From an uncultured bacterium (GTDB lineage: Bacteria; Zixibacteria; MSB-5A5; GN15; FEB-12): a stretch of DNA of 64,000 nucleotides. The notes below the pieces were generated by a model. The model was not told where the DNA came from, made no database searches, and saw only the letters and a program-made list of their open reading frames with translations. This document shows, piece by piece, positions 8,967 through 18,978 of this stretch. Within the stretch, counting starts at the first letter, position 1, and the number at the start of each line of letters is the position of its first letter. The DNA lies in NCBI GenBank assembly GCA_963821635.1, contig CAWGEP010000001.1:311601-375600 (forward strand). Reading direction: 5' to 3'. The translations under genes and the position numbers were made by a program.

Positions 8967-10949
8967 CTAAACCCTGATCGGCAGAATGACGATCGGGATA
9001 CCGCGATGGTAGAAGCGCTTCTGTATGGCAAAAATCGTGTGGTTGTGCAGCCAGCGGGAAAAGAAATATTCTTCCGGGAAGACCAACTGCCCGCCGAAGA
9101 GAATCGCTTTGGGGAACCGATCCAGGATGGTCGGGACCATGCGCTCGAGTTCCTCGACTACATCAACACCCACGACATAAATGCTCTCGGCATAAAATCC
9201 GTGCGCCCGCATGAAGCTGACATACTTGTCGCCCGAGGTCTGCACGTGCTCCTGCAGCCGGTCGACTTCGGTTCTCCCCTTGAAATTCCCGGAGTCGACA
9301 ATTCCGACCTGCACAAAAATGAAATTCTTGAACGATCCCTCGAACAGCCGCATCACCGTCAAGAGCGTGTGCAATCCGAGACCGTTAAATCCGTTCACGA
9401 GCAGGATGGCGGTCCTTGCTTTCGGGTCACAGACGGTCGCCGGAAGATCCTCGGGCGACTTTTTGCTCAGTTCGATAGCGGTCACCAGCAGGTCATCCAG
9501 CCGCTTGAGCTGCTGGGAGGTCTTGCGATAGTGGCGCTTGACCGTCAGCGCCAGCCCCACGAGCAGGGCCGTCACGAGAAGCGTCAGCCAGCCGCCATCG
9601 TGGAACTTCAAAATGCTCATGTTGACCAGGATAAACAGGGTGAGCACCAAACCGACGCCATTGATCGTCAGCTTATGCCACCAGTGCTTGTTGCTCCGGC
9701 GTTCCTGCCACCAGTGACGAACCATGCCAAGCTGCGAGAGGCCGAACGTTATGAACACGGTGATACTGTACAGTACTATCAGGAACGCGACCGAGCCCCG
9801 GGTGGCCAGTACCAGGATCATGGCCATCGCTCCCATCATGAGAATTCCGTTTTGGGTGACCAGCCGATCGCTCAGCATGCTGAATCGGGTCGGGAACCAG
9901 CGGTCGAGCGCCATATTGGCCAGAACTCTGGGGCCATCAAGAAACCCGGTCTGGGCCGCCACGAACAGGAAAGCCGCTTCGGATACCAGCGCGATAGTGA
10001 CAAACGAATAGGCCAATCCGTGCGGCCAGCCGGCGCTGATGCTTTCAAATAACGTGGCGTTCAGCGTCTTTCCGGGCTGGTGTTGGACGGCAAACAGCAG
10101 GTAAGAAACCATTAAGCCGAGCGCAAAGAAGGCGAGCGAGATCGCCATATAGTGCATCGTCTTCTTGCCGTTTTCGACTCTCGGCTCACGAATGACCGGG
10201 AGGCCGTTGGAAACTGCCTCAATTCCGGTGTAGGTTCCCGCCCCCATGCTGTACGATTTCATGATCAAAAAGAACATCCCAAGAAAGCCGAGCTCTGAAT
10301 ACGATTGTGAAATCTCGTGCCCGCTGGTCTTGACGACATCCGCCACCTGACCGGCGTGAGTCCCGAACGCGTAGAGAATGGCGAAAACATGGGTCACCAT
10401 GAAAACCAGCATGATGGGAATAAGCGGCACAACCGATTCCCGCACGCCGCGCATGTTCATGACCGTGAGCAGCATCACTCCGGAGGCCGCGAAGGCGAGT
10501 CGGTAAGGGTACCATTCCGGCGGCAGAAAGCTGAATAAGGCGTCGGCGCCGCTGGAGATCGACAGGGCGATCGTCAATACGTAGTCGATCAGCAGAGCAC
10601 AGCCAGAAACCATGCCGAGGGTTGGGCTCAGGAGCTTGCTGGCTACCAGGTAGCCGCCGCCACCGGTCGGAAACAGCTGGATGATCTGTGAGTAGCTGGT
10701 GCTAATGATTAAGACTGTAGCGGCTGTGGCCAGAGCGACGATCAGTCCAAGATGCGTATGCGTCTTAAGCGCGAGAAAAGCTTCTTCGGGCCCGTAACAT
10801 GACGAGGTCAGTCCGTCGGCTCCCATTCCAACCCACGCCAAAAAGGCGGTCAACGAGACCGCGTGGAATAGGGATTGGTCCTGAAGATTCCGCCGCCCCC
10901 CAATGAGAAAAGTTTTGACTTTCTTACTTACCGATGGACGTTCATCCAC
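8967..10949 (-). CDS. APC-superfamily transporter with C-terminal cytoplasmic domain (KimA-like K+ uptake candidate)
   Basis: About 12 TM segments with an APC-like N-terminal half (GMGADGLTSSCYGPEEAF, GGGGYLVASKLL) plus a ~200-aa soluble C-terminal domain. The apparent start is GTG. Confidence 0.5.
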   Translation of the reverse strand: MDERPSVSKKVKTFLIGGRRNLQDQSLFHAVSLTAFLAWVGMGADGLTSSCYGPEEAFLALKTHTHLGLIVALATAATVLIISTSYSQIIQLFPTGGGGYLVASKLLSPTLGMVSGCALLIDYVLTIALSISSGADALFSFLPPEWYPYRLAFAASGVMLLTVMNMRGVRESVVPLIPIMLVFMVTHVFAILYAFGTHAGQVADVVKTSGHEISQSYSELGFLGMFFLIMKSYSMGAGTYTGIEAVSNGLPVIREPRVENGKKTMHYMAISLAFFALGLMVSYLLFAVQHQPGKTLNATLFESISAGWPHGLAYSFVTIALVSEAAFLFVAAQTGFLDGPRVLANMALDRWFPTRFSMLSDRLVTQNGILMMGAMAMILVLATRGSVAFLIVLYSITVFITFGLSQLGMVRHWWQERRSNKHWWHKLTINGVGLVLTLFILVNMSILKFHDGGWLTLLVTALLVGLALTVKRHYRKTSQQLKRLDDLLVTAIELSKKSPEDLPATVCDPKARTAILLVNGFNGLGLHTLLTVMRLFEGSFKNFIFVQVGIVDSGNFKGRTEVDRLQEHVQTSGDKYVSFMRAHGFYAESIYVVGVDVVEELERMVPTILDRFPKAILFGGQLVFPEEYFFSRWLHNHTIFAIQKRFYHRGIPIVILPIRV

Positions 10950-11146
10950 CTAGGTTCTAATCCTTTCGCTCTCAAGGCCTTCTCTAGCCCCAAAGTCGGC
11001 CCCAGAGACTCGCCTATTAACATGATTAAGCTCGGAAACTCAACAGGATTTTTTAACCCTCGTTTCCGCCTTCGGCAGCACGCCGTCGAATGGCGGGCCA
11101 CCCTCCCCATCCTTCTATCTGGCAGATGGTTACAAGAATAAACAGG

Positions 11147-11887
11147 CTACACGGCTTGGGCCAGGTAGAAGGTCCGGCCCGCGGCTTGGAATCCAAGGTC
11201 CTGGACTGAATTGTATAACGCGACCTTCCCGAACCCGCTCTCTCGGAGTGCCTTCACAGTCTCTTCCTCGGAAAAGCAATGTTCGGTGATAGTCAGATCG
11301 CTTCGCCGCCACGTTCTCTCGATCAGTCGAAACATCGCCAGATCGAGACTGGCTCGTTTCTGCTCGGGATTATAGCCGCCGGCAGCAATAACGGCACTTT
11401 CGTCATCGACGCGTCCAAACGACCCCTTCCAGTTCGCGCAAAACCCCTCTTCGTTGTTCAGATCGAACAGAAACAGTCCACCCGGCTTCAGCGCCCGACG
11501 AACCGATACAAACGCCATGTTCAGATCTTCGACCGTCTCAAGGTGGTTCAAGCTGTCGTAGGTTGAGAAGACAGCGTCGCAAGTTATATCTATGATGAAG
11601 CTGCGGGCATCGGCATGGATGAACTGTACGCCCGGCGAGTTCAGCCGGGCGAACTTGAGCATCTCCTCGGAACCATCCACGCCGATTACTTGGTATCCTC
11701 TCCTGGTCAGGATCGCCGCCATCCGGCCGGTGCCACAGCAAAGGTCCAAAATCACGCCGTGAGTCGGGACAAGAGGTAACAACAGTTTTTCAAAAGCGGG
11801 GAGCACCTGCTCGGTCCATTTCCCCCAGAACTTATTGTAGAACCAGGCAAAGCTGTCGTATGCGTTGTAGATGTCTTTCGCCGACAT
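11147..11887 (-). CDS. Class I SAM-dependent methyltransferase
   Basis: Motif I VILDLCCGTGRMAAIL and Rossmann-fold MTase features. Confidence 0.7.
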   Translation of the reverse strand: MSAKDIYNAYDSFAWFYNKFWGKWTEQVLPAFEKLLLPLVPTHGVILDLCCGTGRMAAILTRRGYQVIGVDGSEEMLKFARLNSPGVQFIHADARSFIIDITCDAVFSTYDSLNHLETVEDLNMAFVSVRRALKPGGLFLFDLNNEEGFCANWKGSFGRVDDESAVIAAGGYNPEQKRASLDLAMFRLIERTWRRSDLTITEHCFSEEETVKALRESGFGKVALYNSVQDLGFQAAGRTFYLAQAV

Positions 11888-11910
11888 GAGACTTCGTTTC
11901 CCCTGGCAAA

Positions 11911-12321
11911 TTACTGTTTGCGATTGATGATCCAGCCGTTATCAACCTTGGAGAACCCAACCGGACCGTAATAATCTTTGGCGGCCGGCGCCGCCAGGAG
12001 GAGAATCATGACCTGGTCTCCGGCCACTTCCTGCGTGTGCCGAATAAGCTCTTTGCCGATCCCCTGCCTTTGGAACGCTTTGGCCACCGCCAGATCAGAT
12101 AGATAGAGGCAGTAGGAATAATCAGTCAATGATCGCGCAATCCCGACCAACCGACCGCCGTCCCATGCCGTCACAGTCAGATTGGCGTTTTCCAGCATTT
12201 TCTCGATTCGCGGGAGATCATCAACGGGGCGCCGGATTCCGGAGTCCCGAAACAGCTCGGCGACCTCAGCGGCGTCCAACTCCGCGTTTACCCGATAGGT
12301 CAAATGTTTGTTTGTGGTCAT
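11911..12321 (-). CDS. GNAT family N-acetyltransferase
   Basis: Acetyl-CoA binding motif FQRQGIGKELI. ATG at 12321. Confidence 0.65.
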   Translation of the reverse strand: MTTNKHLTYRVNAELDAAEVAELFRDSGIRRPVDDLPRIEKMLENANLTVTAWDGGRLVGIARSLTDYSYCLYLSDLAVAKAFQRQGIGKELIRHTQEVAGDQVMILLLAAPAAKDYYGPVGFSKVDNGWIINRKQ

Positions 12322-12427
12322 AGCATTTCCCCTGCCGCGCCTGAACCGGCGGCAACTGTTCCTTTCCGCCTCTAATATGCACCAGGGTCCACATTCGTGC
12401 AATGGAAGGATTTGGGGAGGAGAAGCT

Positions 12428-13840
12428 CTAGGCGAGCGAGCCGCGCTCGAATGTCACGGCCCCGGAAATCGAATCGACAAAGAAGTACTGCTCGGAATGA
12501 AAGGGAGCAAACAAAAGCGAAATCTCCGTTGGCCGGAACGGCGGCGCGGCTTTCGACCTGGCCAAATCCCGCCCGACCGTTTCCCGTTTCCAGATCACTT
12601 CGACCAGGGTCATCGCCTCTTCGGCGCTGATCGTCACCGGCAGATGCTTCTCAGCCAGCTTTTCACATGGGCCGAGCGGCAGTTTGGGTGCTATCGAACT
12701 CATCCGTTTGCACAGGCGAAACATTGCCTCGAGATTCCGCATCCTAAATCCCGGGATGAGCAGCTGATTGGACTGATAAATTCCGCCGAACAGACGCTGC
12801 AATTGCGAGCTGCTCTCCGGAGGCAAATGAAACACCCAGAACGGTACGAGATTGTCGTTCTCAGTGAGCGGTCCCGATGTTTCCTGAAGCTCACTATTGA
12901 GCATCGGGTTCTTTTCCATGAAAAACAGATGGTCGCAGTTGTGGCACTGGTAGACAAAGGACCTGGTGGCCGGAAGGTCGACGCCGCAGTTGGGGCATCG
13001 ATGCGGCACCACGCCCAGCGCCCCGAATTCGATCTTCGGGGGATCTTCCTCGGAAGCAGTCGGCATGACATCATCGAGTACAGCGTGTCCGGCGACTCGG
13101 CCGGTAACCCCATCCACCACGAATCGGACCAATTTCGAAGAGGCTTGTGAATCAACGATGAAATAGGGAAAGAAGACAATCGATCCTTTGGGATGAAGCA
13201 GTTCGGTGCTGTTCGGCCGGGCGCTGCTTGTGTCCAGCTGACCCATACGGGAGACGCCAGCCAGGAGATGCTCCACCGCTTTCTGCATCGGGCTCAGGAC
13301 CGCCGTGCAGCTCTCATCCTGTCCGATATTCTGATCCGCAAACGGAATCATCCTGATATAATCAGTCCGGGCCCCCAGGGTAAATGGAATCTCCTGCGAG
13401 GCCGGTCCCGCCGCGCAGCTCCCGGAATACGGCATGAGGGCGACGCTGGTGAATTCGCGCTCTTCGGTCTGGGAATCCTCAAAGTTCTCCGCATCCGGAT
13501 TGAGCTCCGCCTCATACACGGTATTCCGGACTTTGAGCGTGACCGCTTCGATTTTCCAGTACGGATACAGAGTAGACTGGATCTGAAAATACGAACCGGT
13601 TAAGGGGAGTCCGTTTTCTTTGCAGTAGCGGTCTACCAGCGGCCGGACTTCCGTTTTGGTTCTTTTCCGTCGGACCATATAGGCCGCCGGGATTTCGGGC
13701 ATAATCACCCGAAGCACCGAGGCACAATGCGGGCAGGAGAGGACGAAGAAATCATCCTGAAGTTCAAGTTCCCCGCCACAGCCGGGGCAGGTTACCCCGA
13801 TGCAGAATCCGGTCTTAGACGGTTGGACTGTTGTTATCAT
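12428..13840 (-). CDS. Double zinc-ribbon protein of unknown function (470 aa)
   Basis: CPGCGG...CPHCAS at the N-terminus and CPNCG...CHNCDH mid-protein. Its start overlaps the upstream SPFH gene, so the two appear to form an operon. Confidence 0.55.
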   Translation of the reverse strand: MITTVQPSKTGFCIGVTCPGCGGELELQDDFFVLSCPHCASVLRVIMPEIPAAYMVRRKRTKTEVRPLVDRYCKENGLPLTGSYFQIQSTLYPYWKIEAVTLKVRNTVYEAELNPDAENFEDSQTEEREFTSVALMPYSGSCAAGPASQEIPFTLGARTDYIRMIPFADQNIGQDESCTAVLSPMQKAVEHLLAGVSRMGQLDTSSARPNSTELLHPKGSIVFFPYFIVDSQASSKLVRFVVDGVTGRVAGHAVLDDVMPTASEEDPPKIEFGALGVVPHRCPNCGVDLPATRSFVYQCHNCDHLFFMEKNPMLNSELQETSGPLTENDNLVPFWVFHLPPESSSQLQRLFGGIYQSNQLLIPGFRMRNLEAMFRLCKRMSSIAPKLPLGPCEKLAEKHLPVTISAEEAMTLVEVIWKRETVGRDLARSKAAPPFRPTEISLLFAPFHSEQYFFVDSISGAVTFERGSLA

Positions 13841-14948
13841 TCAGCGGTTTTCCACACGAGGAACAGAATTTTGAACCCGGTATGTTCTCCGCCTGGCAGT
13901 GCGGGCAGGCGATCTTGGCGTCGAGCTTGAACCCGCAGTACATGCAGAAGCCGGCTTCGGTGGGTAGTTCCTTATGGCATGACGGACAGGCGTTTTGGGC
14001 GTACATCGCCTGGCCGCAGCGATAACAATAGCGGGACTGCGCGGGTGTATCGTTGTGACATTTCGGGCAGGTCACGGTCGCGACCGGCTCGCGTTTCAGC
14101 TCCACCTGGTCCGGTGAAAAGACCTTCTGAAGCATCGCCGGCGCCATAATCCCGACTCCGGCCCCCATCGCGACACCCGCTCCCGCTGAGGCCGGGCCTG
14201 CTCCGGAGCCAAGGCCATTGGCGATTTCAAATTTCATGAACTTGTCGATATCTCCGATCGCTTCCATACCGGATCGTTTGTCGATCATGGCGGCAACTTC
14301 ATCCGGTGGGGTGATCGAGTTGATGAAGAAGTCGACCAGCGTCAGCCCGTACTTCTCAAATTCTACCTTTACGATATCCTTGAATTCTGCGGCCAGTTCC
14401 GTGTACTGTTTGGGAAGATCGAGCACCGAGTTCAGTTTCTCGCCAAGTAAGTCGTTTAGGCGTGCAACGATGACATCCCGTAGATAATCCTGAATATCAT
14501 TGGTCGTGTACTTGGCCTGCCGCCCGACGATCGTATTCAGGAATAAGCTGGGCTTGTCAATCTTCATGGTATAGGCGCCGTGCCCGCGAAGTCTGACCAA
14601 ACCGAGCTGGCTGTCACGGAACGTCACAGGGTCGCGCGTCCCCCATTTCATATTGGTGAAAACCTTCAGATTGACAAAATAGACTTCGGCCCGGAACGGC
14701 GAAGTAAATCCCCAGGGCAACGCCAGCAGGCGGGTCAAAATCGGCAGGTTCAGCGTGGTCAGAGTGTGGCGACCCGGCGTGAACATATCAGCCGCCCGGC
14801 CGCTCTTGAAAAAGATCGCCACCTGGCTGTCCCGGACAATCAGCTGCGCGCCCATTTTGAAATCGGCCGAACCATCCTGCGGAATACGAAAGATCATTTC
14901 ATCGCCGGTTGGATCGATCCACTCAACGACTTCCATTAGTAGGGACAT
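13815..14948 (-). CDS. SPFH/Band-7 domain protein with C-terminal zinc ribbons (COG4260, YdjI-like)
   Basis: N-terminus VVEWIDPTGDEMIFRIP resembles YdjI-type SPFH proteins. The C-terminus has four CxxC pairs (CPKCH, CYRCG, CPSCH, CMYCG, CPHCQ, CSSCG). Confidence 0.65.
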   Translation of the reverse strand: MSLLMEVVEWIDPTGDEMIFRIPQDGSADFKMGAQLIVRDSQVAIFFKSGRAADMFTPGRHTLTTLNLPILTRLLALPWGFTSPFRAEVYFVNLKVFTNMKWGTRDPVTFRDSQLGLVRLRGHGAYTMKIDKPSLFLNTIVGRQAKYTTNDIQDYLRDVIVARLNDLLGEKLNSVLDLPKQYTELAAEFKDIVKVEFEKYGLTLVDFFINSITPPDEVAAMIDKRSGMEAIGDIDKFMKFEIANGLGSGAGPASAGAGVAMGAGVGIMAPAMLQKVFSPDQVELKREPVATVTCPKCHNDTPAQSRYCYRCGQAMYAQNACPSCHKELPTEAGFCMYCGFKLDAKIACPHCQAENIPGSKFCSSCGKPLNDNNSPTV

Positions 14949-15041
14949 TTTTTCTCCTGTGATAAGGATACCGTTATAGGATGATTGTCGGAATAATCGG
15001 CCGGTTTTTGAATCCCGGCTCGAAGGGGAATTTCTAAGAAA

Positions 15042-15815
15042 TCAGCCCTGGGGCCTGGCCGGCTGACCGGGACCACCTGAGACCAGCTCAAGTTGCGCCA
15101 GCGCCGCGGTCACGGCGGTCTCAACCCTCAACATCCAGGGCCCGAGAGAGAAGGGCCGAAAACCCGCCTTCATAAGAAGGTCAAGCTCAAACGGTACCCA
15201 ACCCCCTTCGGGGCCGATCGCGAGGACGTAGTTTTCGGGTTGACTATCAGCTAGAATTGCCGTGAGTTTGGCTCCTGCTGCCGGCTCAGGCAACAGGCGG
15301 GCGACTCGGCTTTGTTTTGGATACAAAGCCGGAAGTCCATCCTCCACAAAAGGTCGGAAGAGCGGGTGAAAATGCGTTTTCGGGACTCTGGTCATTTTCC
15401 CCTGGCTCAGGCCATCGATAAAGTACTGAAGCGAATTCTCCGGCAGCAGAAGCGGCGAATCCAGGTAGCTCTTGTCGGTCCGGTTGGCCCGGACAAAATG
15501 AACTGCCCGCACTCCCATCATGGCGCAAACGGTTAGAACTTTCTTGAGCGTCTTCGGGCGTGGCACAGCGCAGACCAACTCAACCTCGTACTCCAACCCC
15601 GGCGCCGCGCGCCAGTCGGTGACTTCCAGTACAACTCGCTCTAAAGATACTTCCAGCACCCTAGCTGTCCCGACCGGCCCGTCGATCATCCCGACTTCGA
15701 CGTTATCATCCGAAACCGCTCGAAGCACTTCGCGGATATGATCAGCCCGTTTATCGACAACCGTGAACTTGGTTTCATCGTTTCGATCCGACTCAGTGAG
15801 AATGATCAGGTTCAT
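15042..15815 (-). CDS. rsmE: 16S rRNA (uracil1498-N3)-methyltransferase RsmE
   Basis: The C-terminal motifs IGPEGGW...E and LG.WMLRVETA are typical of the RsmE family. ATG at 15815. Confidence 0.65.
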   Translation of the reverse strand: MNLIILTESDRNDETKFTVVDKRADHIREVLRAVSDDNVEVGMIDGPVGTARVLEVSLERVVLEVTDWRAAPGLEYEVELVCAVPRPKTLKKVLTVCAMMGVRAVHFVRANRTDKSYLDSPLLLPENSLQYFIDGLSQGKMTRVPKTHFHPLFRPFVEDGLPALYPKQSRVARLLPEPAAGAKLTAILADSQPENYVLAIGPEGGWVPFELDLLMKAGFRPFSLGPWMLRVETAVTAALAQLELVSGGPGQPARPQG

Positions 15816-16214
15816 GGTGAAGCCAATATGCAAGGATTCACTCGGATTCTCAACCTCTCGATCGGCTGTGAATCTGCATCGCCGCCTTTCGACTCCGCTC
15901 AAGGCGACGATGAGGCTGCTAAGAGGGGCTTTTTCGGTGTCGGGCGGAGCTGAGTTGAAGCAATCTACCCTTTCCACCGGCACAATCCCTTTTTCCCGTC
16001 ATTCCGAGGAGTCCCGCCGCAGAACGCGGGACGACGTGGGAATCTCAGTTCGTTTGACATGCAAAGAAGCCCTTCGGTAAGTCGGGTTCTAAAGAACCAG
16101 CGGGGCGAAGCCATCTGCCTTTTCATCCAGTACTCGATTCCCGACGATTAAATTGTAGGCATCGGGCTGAGGGGAGTCGACACCCGCGCCTTCCGTGCCA
16201 ACGCCAAAAACTAC

Positions 16215-16250
16215 TTGACATCGCAACACAATGTTACCATATAGTAACAT
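16215..16250 (+). promoter_or_regulatory. Promoter (TTGACA ... TATAGT) with 20-bp palindromic operator ATGTTACCATATAGTAACAT overlapping the arsR-family start
   Basis: Perfect -35 at 16215-16220. The inverted repeat ATGTTAC-N6-GTAACAT at 16231-16250 covers the -10 region and the first ATG. Confidence 0.55.
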
Positions 16251-16527
16251 GTCAGGGCCGTCGCAGGATGCGATCTGGAAGGCACTGGCTGATCCGACCC
16301 GTCGCGCGATGCTGCAAGAGCTCAGGGAAGGGCCTCGCACGACGGGCGCATTATGCCGGCGATTCCGCAGGCTTTCCCGCTGCGGCGTCATGAAGCATTT
16401 GGGGATTCTGGAAAAGGCAGGATTGGTGGTAGTGAAAAGAAAAGGGCGGTTCCGGTGGAATTATTTCAGCTCAGCCCCAATCCGGCAGATATACGATAAG
16501 GAGGTTAGGAGTCTAATGGGAGTCTGA
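16249..16527 (+). CDS. ArsR/SmtB family transcriptional regulator
   Basis: ALADPTRRAMLQEL...GALCRRF...VMKHLGILEKAGLV winged-HTH. The start may be 16231 or 16249. Confidence 0.7.
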   Translation: MSGPSQDAIWKALADPTRRAMLQELREGPRTTGALCRRFRRLSRCGVMKHLGILEKAGLVVVKRKGRFRWNYFSSAPIRQIYDKEVRSLMGV

Positions 16528-16534
16528 GCCCCCC

Positions 16535-17842
16535 TCACACCTTCCCGTACGGGAAGAACCAGAACAGAATCAGCGAGATCACAAACAACACCCAGACCGC
16601 CGGATGCAACTCCTTCACCCGGCCTGTCACCAGCTTGAACAAGGGATACATTACAAACCCGGTCGCCATGCCGAACCCGATATTATACGTGAACGCCATC
16701 ATGGCAATTGTCCCTATGGCCGGAAACAGTTCGGTATGATCATCGAACTGCAAATCCCGAATCGGCCTCAGCATCAGAAATCCGACTACTACCAACGCCG
16801 CTCCGTACGCCACCGAAGGAACCGCCACAAACAGTGGCGCCAAAAATAAGCAAAGAGCAAACATCCCTGCCGTTATCAGCGAGGCAAATCCGCTTCGCGC
16901 TCCGGCTTCGATTCCGGCGGCCGATTCTATGAATGCGCCGGTGGTCGAAGTCCCCAGCAGCCCCGCGGCGGCTGTGGCCACCGCGTCGGCCATCATCGGT
17001 TTCTCGATTTCTGGGAGATTTCCATACTTATCAAGCAGATTGGCGCGTGACGAAAGTCCGATCAGAGTCCCCATGGTATCCACAAACGCCATGATAAACA
17101 GCACCAGTATGACCGGCAGGAATTCAACGCTGAGTGCCCCTTTGATATCGAGCTGCAGAAAGACCGGCGCCAGCGATGGCGGAGCCGAAAAAACTTGTAT
17201 GGGAAGTTTTGAGTGCCCCAAAGCAATCGATGTTCCCGTGATTGCCAAAATTCCAATCAGGATTGCGCCCGGAACTTTTCTGATCATGAGAATCGAAATC
17301 AACAGAATCGCCGCGATCGCCAGCAGCGGTCCCGCCGCCGAAAGATCGCCGATCTTTACCGGGGCTCCCGGTATCCCCAATCGCACCAGCCCGGTTTCGT
17401 TGAGTCCAATGAATAGAATAAAGAATCCGATACCAGCGGCAAACGCTCGTTTGAGCGAATCCGGAATAGCCGGCGTCACCCAGGACCGGATCCTCAGTGC
17501 GGTAATGACAATGAAAATGACTCCGCTGAGAAAGATCGCCCCAACCGCCTTCTGCCACGGATACCCCATGCCAAGGCAAACCGTGAACGCAATAAACGCG
17601 TTCTCTCCCATATACGGTGCCACTGCAAACGGCCGACGGGCATAGAAGGCCATAATCAGTGTCCCGATTATCGCCACCAGGATCGTCGCGGTGGTACAGG
17701 CCTCTTTGGGAATATTTCCCGCCGAGAGAATCGCGGGATTGACGATGACAATATACGCCATCGCAAAGAACGTCGTTATCCCCCCGAGGATCTCTTTGCT
17801 AAACGAAGTTCCCAGCTGGTCGAATCGAAAGAACCGTCTCAT
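16535..17842 (-). CDS. NCS2 family nucleobase permease (AzgA/PbuG-like adenine/guanine-hypoxanthine permease)
   Basis: The N-terminus FSKEILGGITTFFAMAYIVIVNPAIL is typical of the AzgA family. About 13 TM segments. Confidence 0.7.
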   Translation of the reverse strand: MRRFFRFDQLGTSFSKEILGGITTFFAMAYIVIVNPAILSAGNIPKEACTTATILVAIIGTLIMAFYARRPFAVAPYMGENAFIAFTVCLGMGYPWQKAVGAIFLSGVIFIVITALRIRSWVTPAIPDSLKRAFAAGIGFFILFIGLNETGLVRLGIPGAPVKIGDLSAAGPLLAIAAILLISILMIRKVPGAILIGILAITGTSIALGHSKLPIQVFSAPPSLAPVFLQLDIKGALSVEFLPVILVLFIMAFVDTMGTLIGLSSRANLLDKYGNLPEIEKPMMADAVATAAAGLLGTSTTGAFIESAAGIEAGARSGFASLITAGMFALCLFLAPLFVAVPSVAYGAALVVVGFLMLRPIRDLQFDDHTELFPAIGTIAMMAFTYNIGFGMATGFVMYPLFKLVTGRVKELHPAVWVLFVISLILFWFFPYGKV

Positions 17843-17928
17843 GGCTCCACTCCCGGGCGAAAAGCGCTTGTTCGAACATCAAGCTAATTGGCCGCTGAGA
17901 CGGCGGCAACTTTTTTTTGTTTCGGACG

Positions 17929-18930
17929 TCAGAGCGTGATTACGGCGGCGCCGGTAAGGCGGCCGTGGCGAAGATCCTCGAGCGCCTCGTTGGCTCTTTC
18001 AAGGGGATACGGATTAACCTCCGTTTTGACGGGAATCTTGGGAGCCAGCGCCAAAAACTCTTCGCCGTCGCGGCGAGTCAAATTGGCCACTGACTGAATT
18101 CTCCGCTCGCCCCAGAGAATCGAATACGGAAACGCCGGTATATCACTCATGTGTATTCCGGCGCAAACTACCACTCCCCCCTTCTTCACCGCTCTCAACG
18201 CCTGCGGCACAAGCGATCCAACCGGCGCAAAGATAATGGCAGCATCCAGAGCCTCCGGCGGCATTTCTTCAGATCCCCCGGTCCATTTCGCGCCGAGCCT
18301 TTGAGCAAACGCCTGGCTCTCCCTGTCCCCCGACCGAGTGAACGCGTACACGTCGCGCTTCTGATAAGCCGCCACTTGCAGAAGTATGTGAGCGGAGGCG
18401 CCAAAACCGTAGAAGCCGACTCGTTGCCCATCGCCGGCCATTCTTAGCGCTCGGAATCCGATGAGTCCGGCGCACAACAATGGTGCCGCTTGCAGATCAG
18501 GATATGCGGGCGGGACCGGAAAGCAAAAGCGTTCGTCGGCGACACAATATTCCGCAAATCCGCCGTTGATATGATAGCCGGTGTACTTCGCGTTGTCACA
18601 GAGATTCTCTCGGCCGGATAAACAGAATTCGCATTTCCCGCAGCTCCAGCCAAGCCACGGCACTCCCACGCGGTCTCCCGGCTTGAACGCGCCGTTCCCC
18701 AGCCTCGCCTCTTCCACGACGCCGATTATCTGGTGGCCCGGAATAATCGGAAGATTCGGCTCATTCAACTCGCCATCAACCACGTGCAAATCGGTCCGGC
18801 AGACGCCGCACGCATGGACTCTAATCAACAATTGTCCCGGCTCCGGCACTGGTATCGGTAAATCAACAAGCTGGAGCGGCTGTCGTGGGGATTTGAGAAA
18901 CATTGCGCGCATGAGACAAATCATGCGCAA
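17929..18930 (-). CDS. Zinc-dependent alcohol dehydrogenase family oxidoreductase
   Basis: The structural and catalytic Zn motifs VHACGVCRTDLHV and CGKCEFC, plus a GxGxxG Rossmann motif. Confidence 0.75.
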   Translation of the reverse strand: MRMICLMRAMFLKSPRQPLQLVDLPIPVPEPGQLLIRVHACGVCRTDLHVVDGELNEPNLPIIPGHQIIGVVEEARLGNGAFKPGDRVGVPWLGWSCGKCEFCLSGRENLCDNAKYTGYHINGGFAEYCVADERFCFPVPPAYPDLQAAPLLCAGLIGFRALRMAGDGQRVGFYGFGASAHILLQVAAYQKRDVYAFTRSGDRESQAFAQRLGAKWTGGSEEMPPEALDAAIIFAPVGSLVPQALRAVKKGGVVVCAGIHMSDIPAFPYSILWGERRIQSVANLTRRDGEEFLALAPKIPVKTEVNPYPLERANEALEDLRHGRLTGAAVITL

Positions 18931-18978
18931 ACGATCGGCGATGTCAAGCCGGTTACCTGCCCCTGGATAGCGTTTGAT

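Noticed and set aside
8889-10052. 387-aa plus-strand ORF
   Set aside because: Antisense to the APC transporter gene. Its composition is His/Arg/Gln-rich and low in complexity.
12308-13150. 280-aa plus-strand ORF
   Set aside because: It lies entirely antisense to the well-supported Zn-ribbon gene (12428-13840). It has no motif, and its Arg/Pro-rich low-complexity composition is typical of high-GC antisense ORFs.
16929-17645. 238-aa plus-strand ORF
   Set aside because: Antisense to the NCS2 permease gene.
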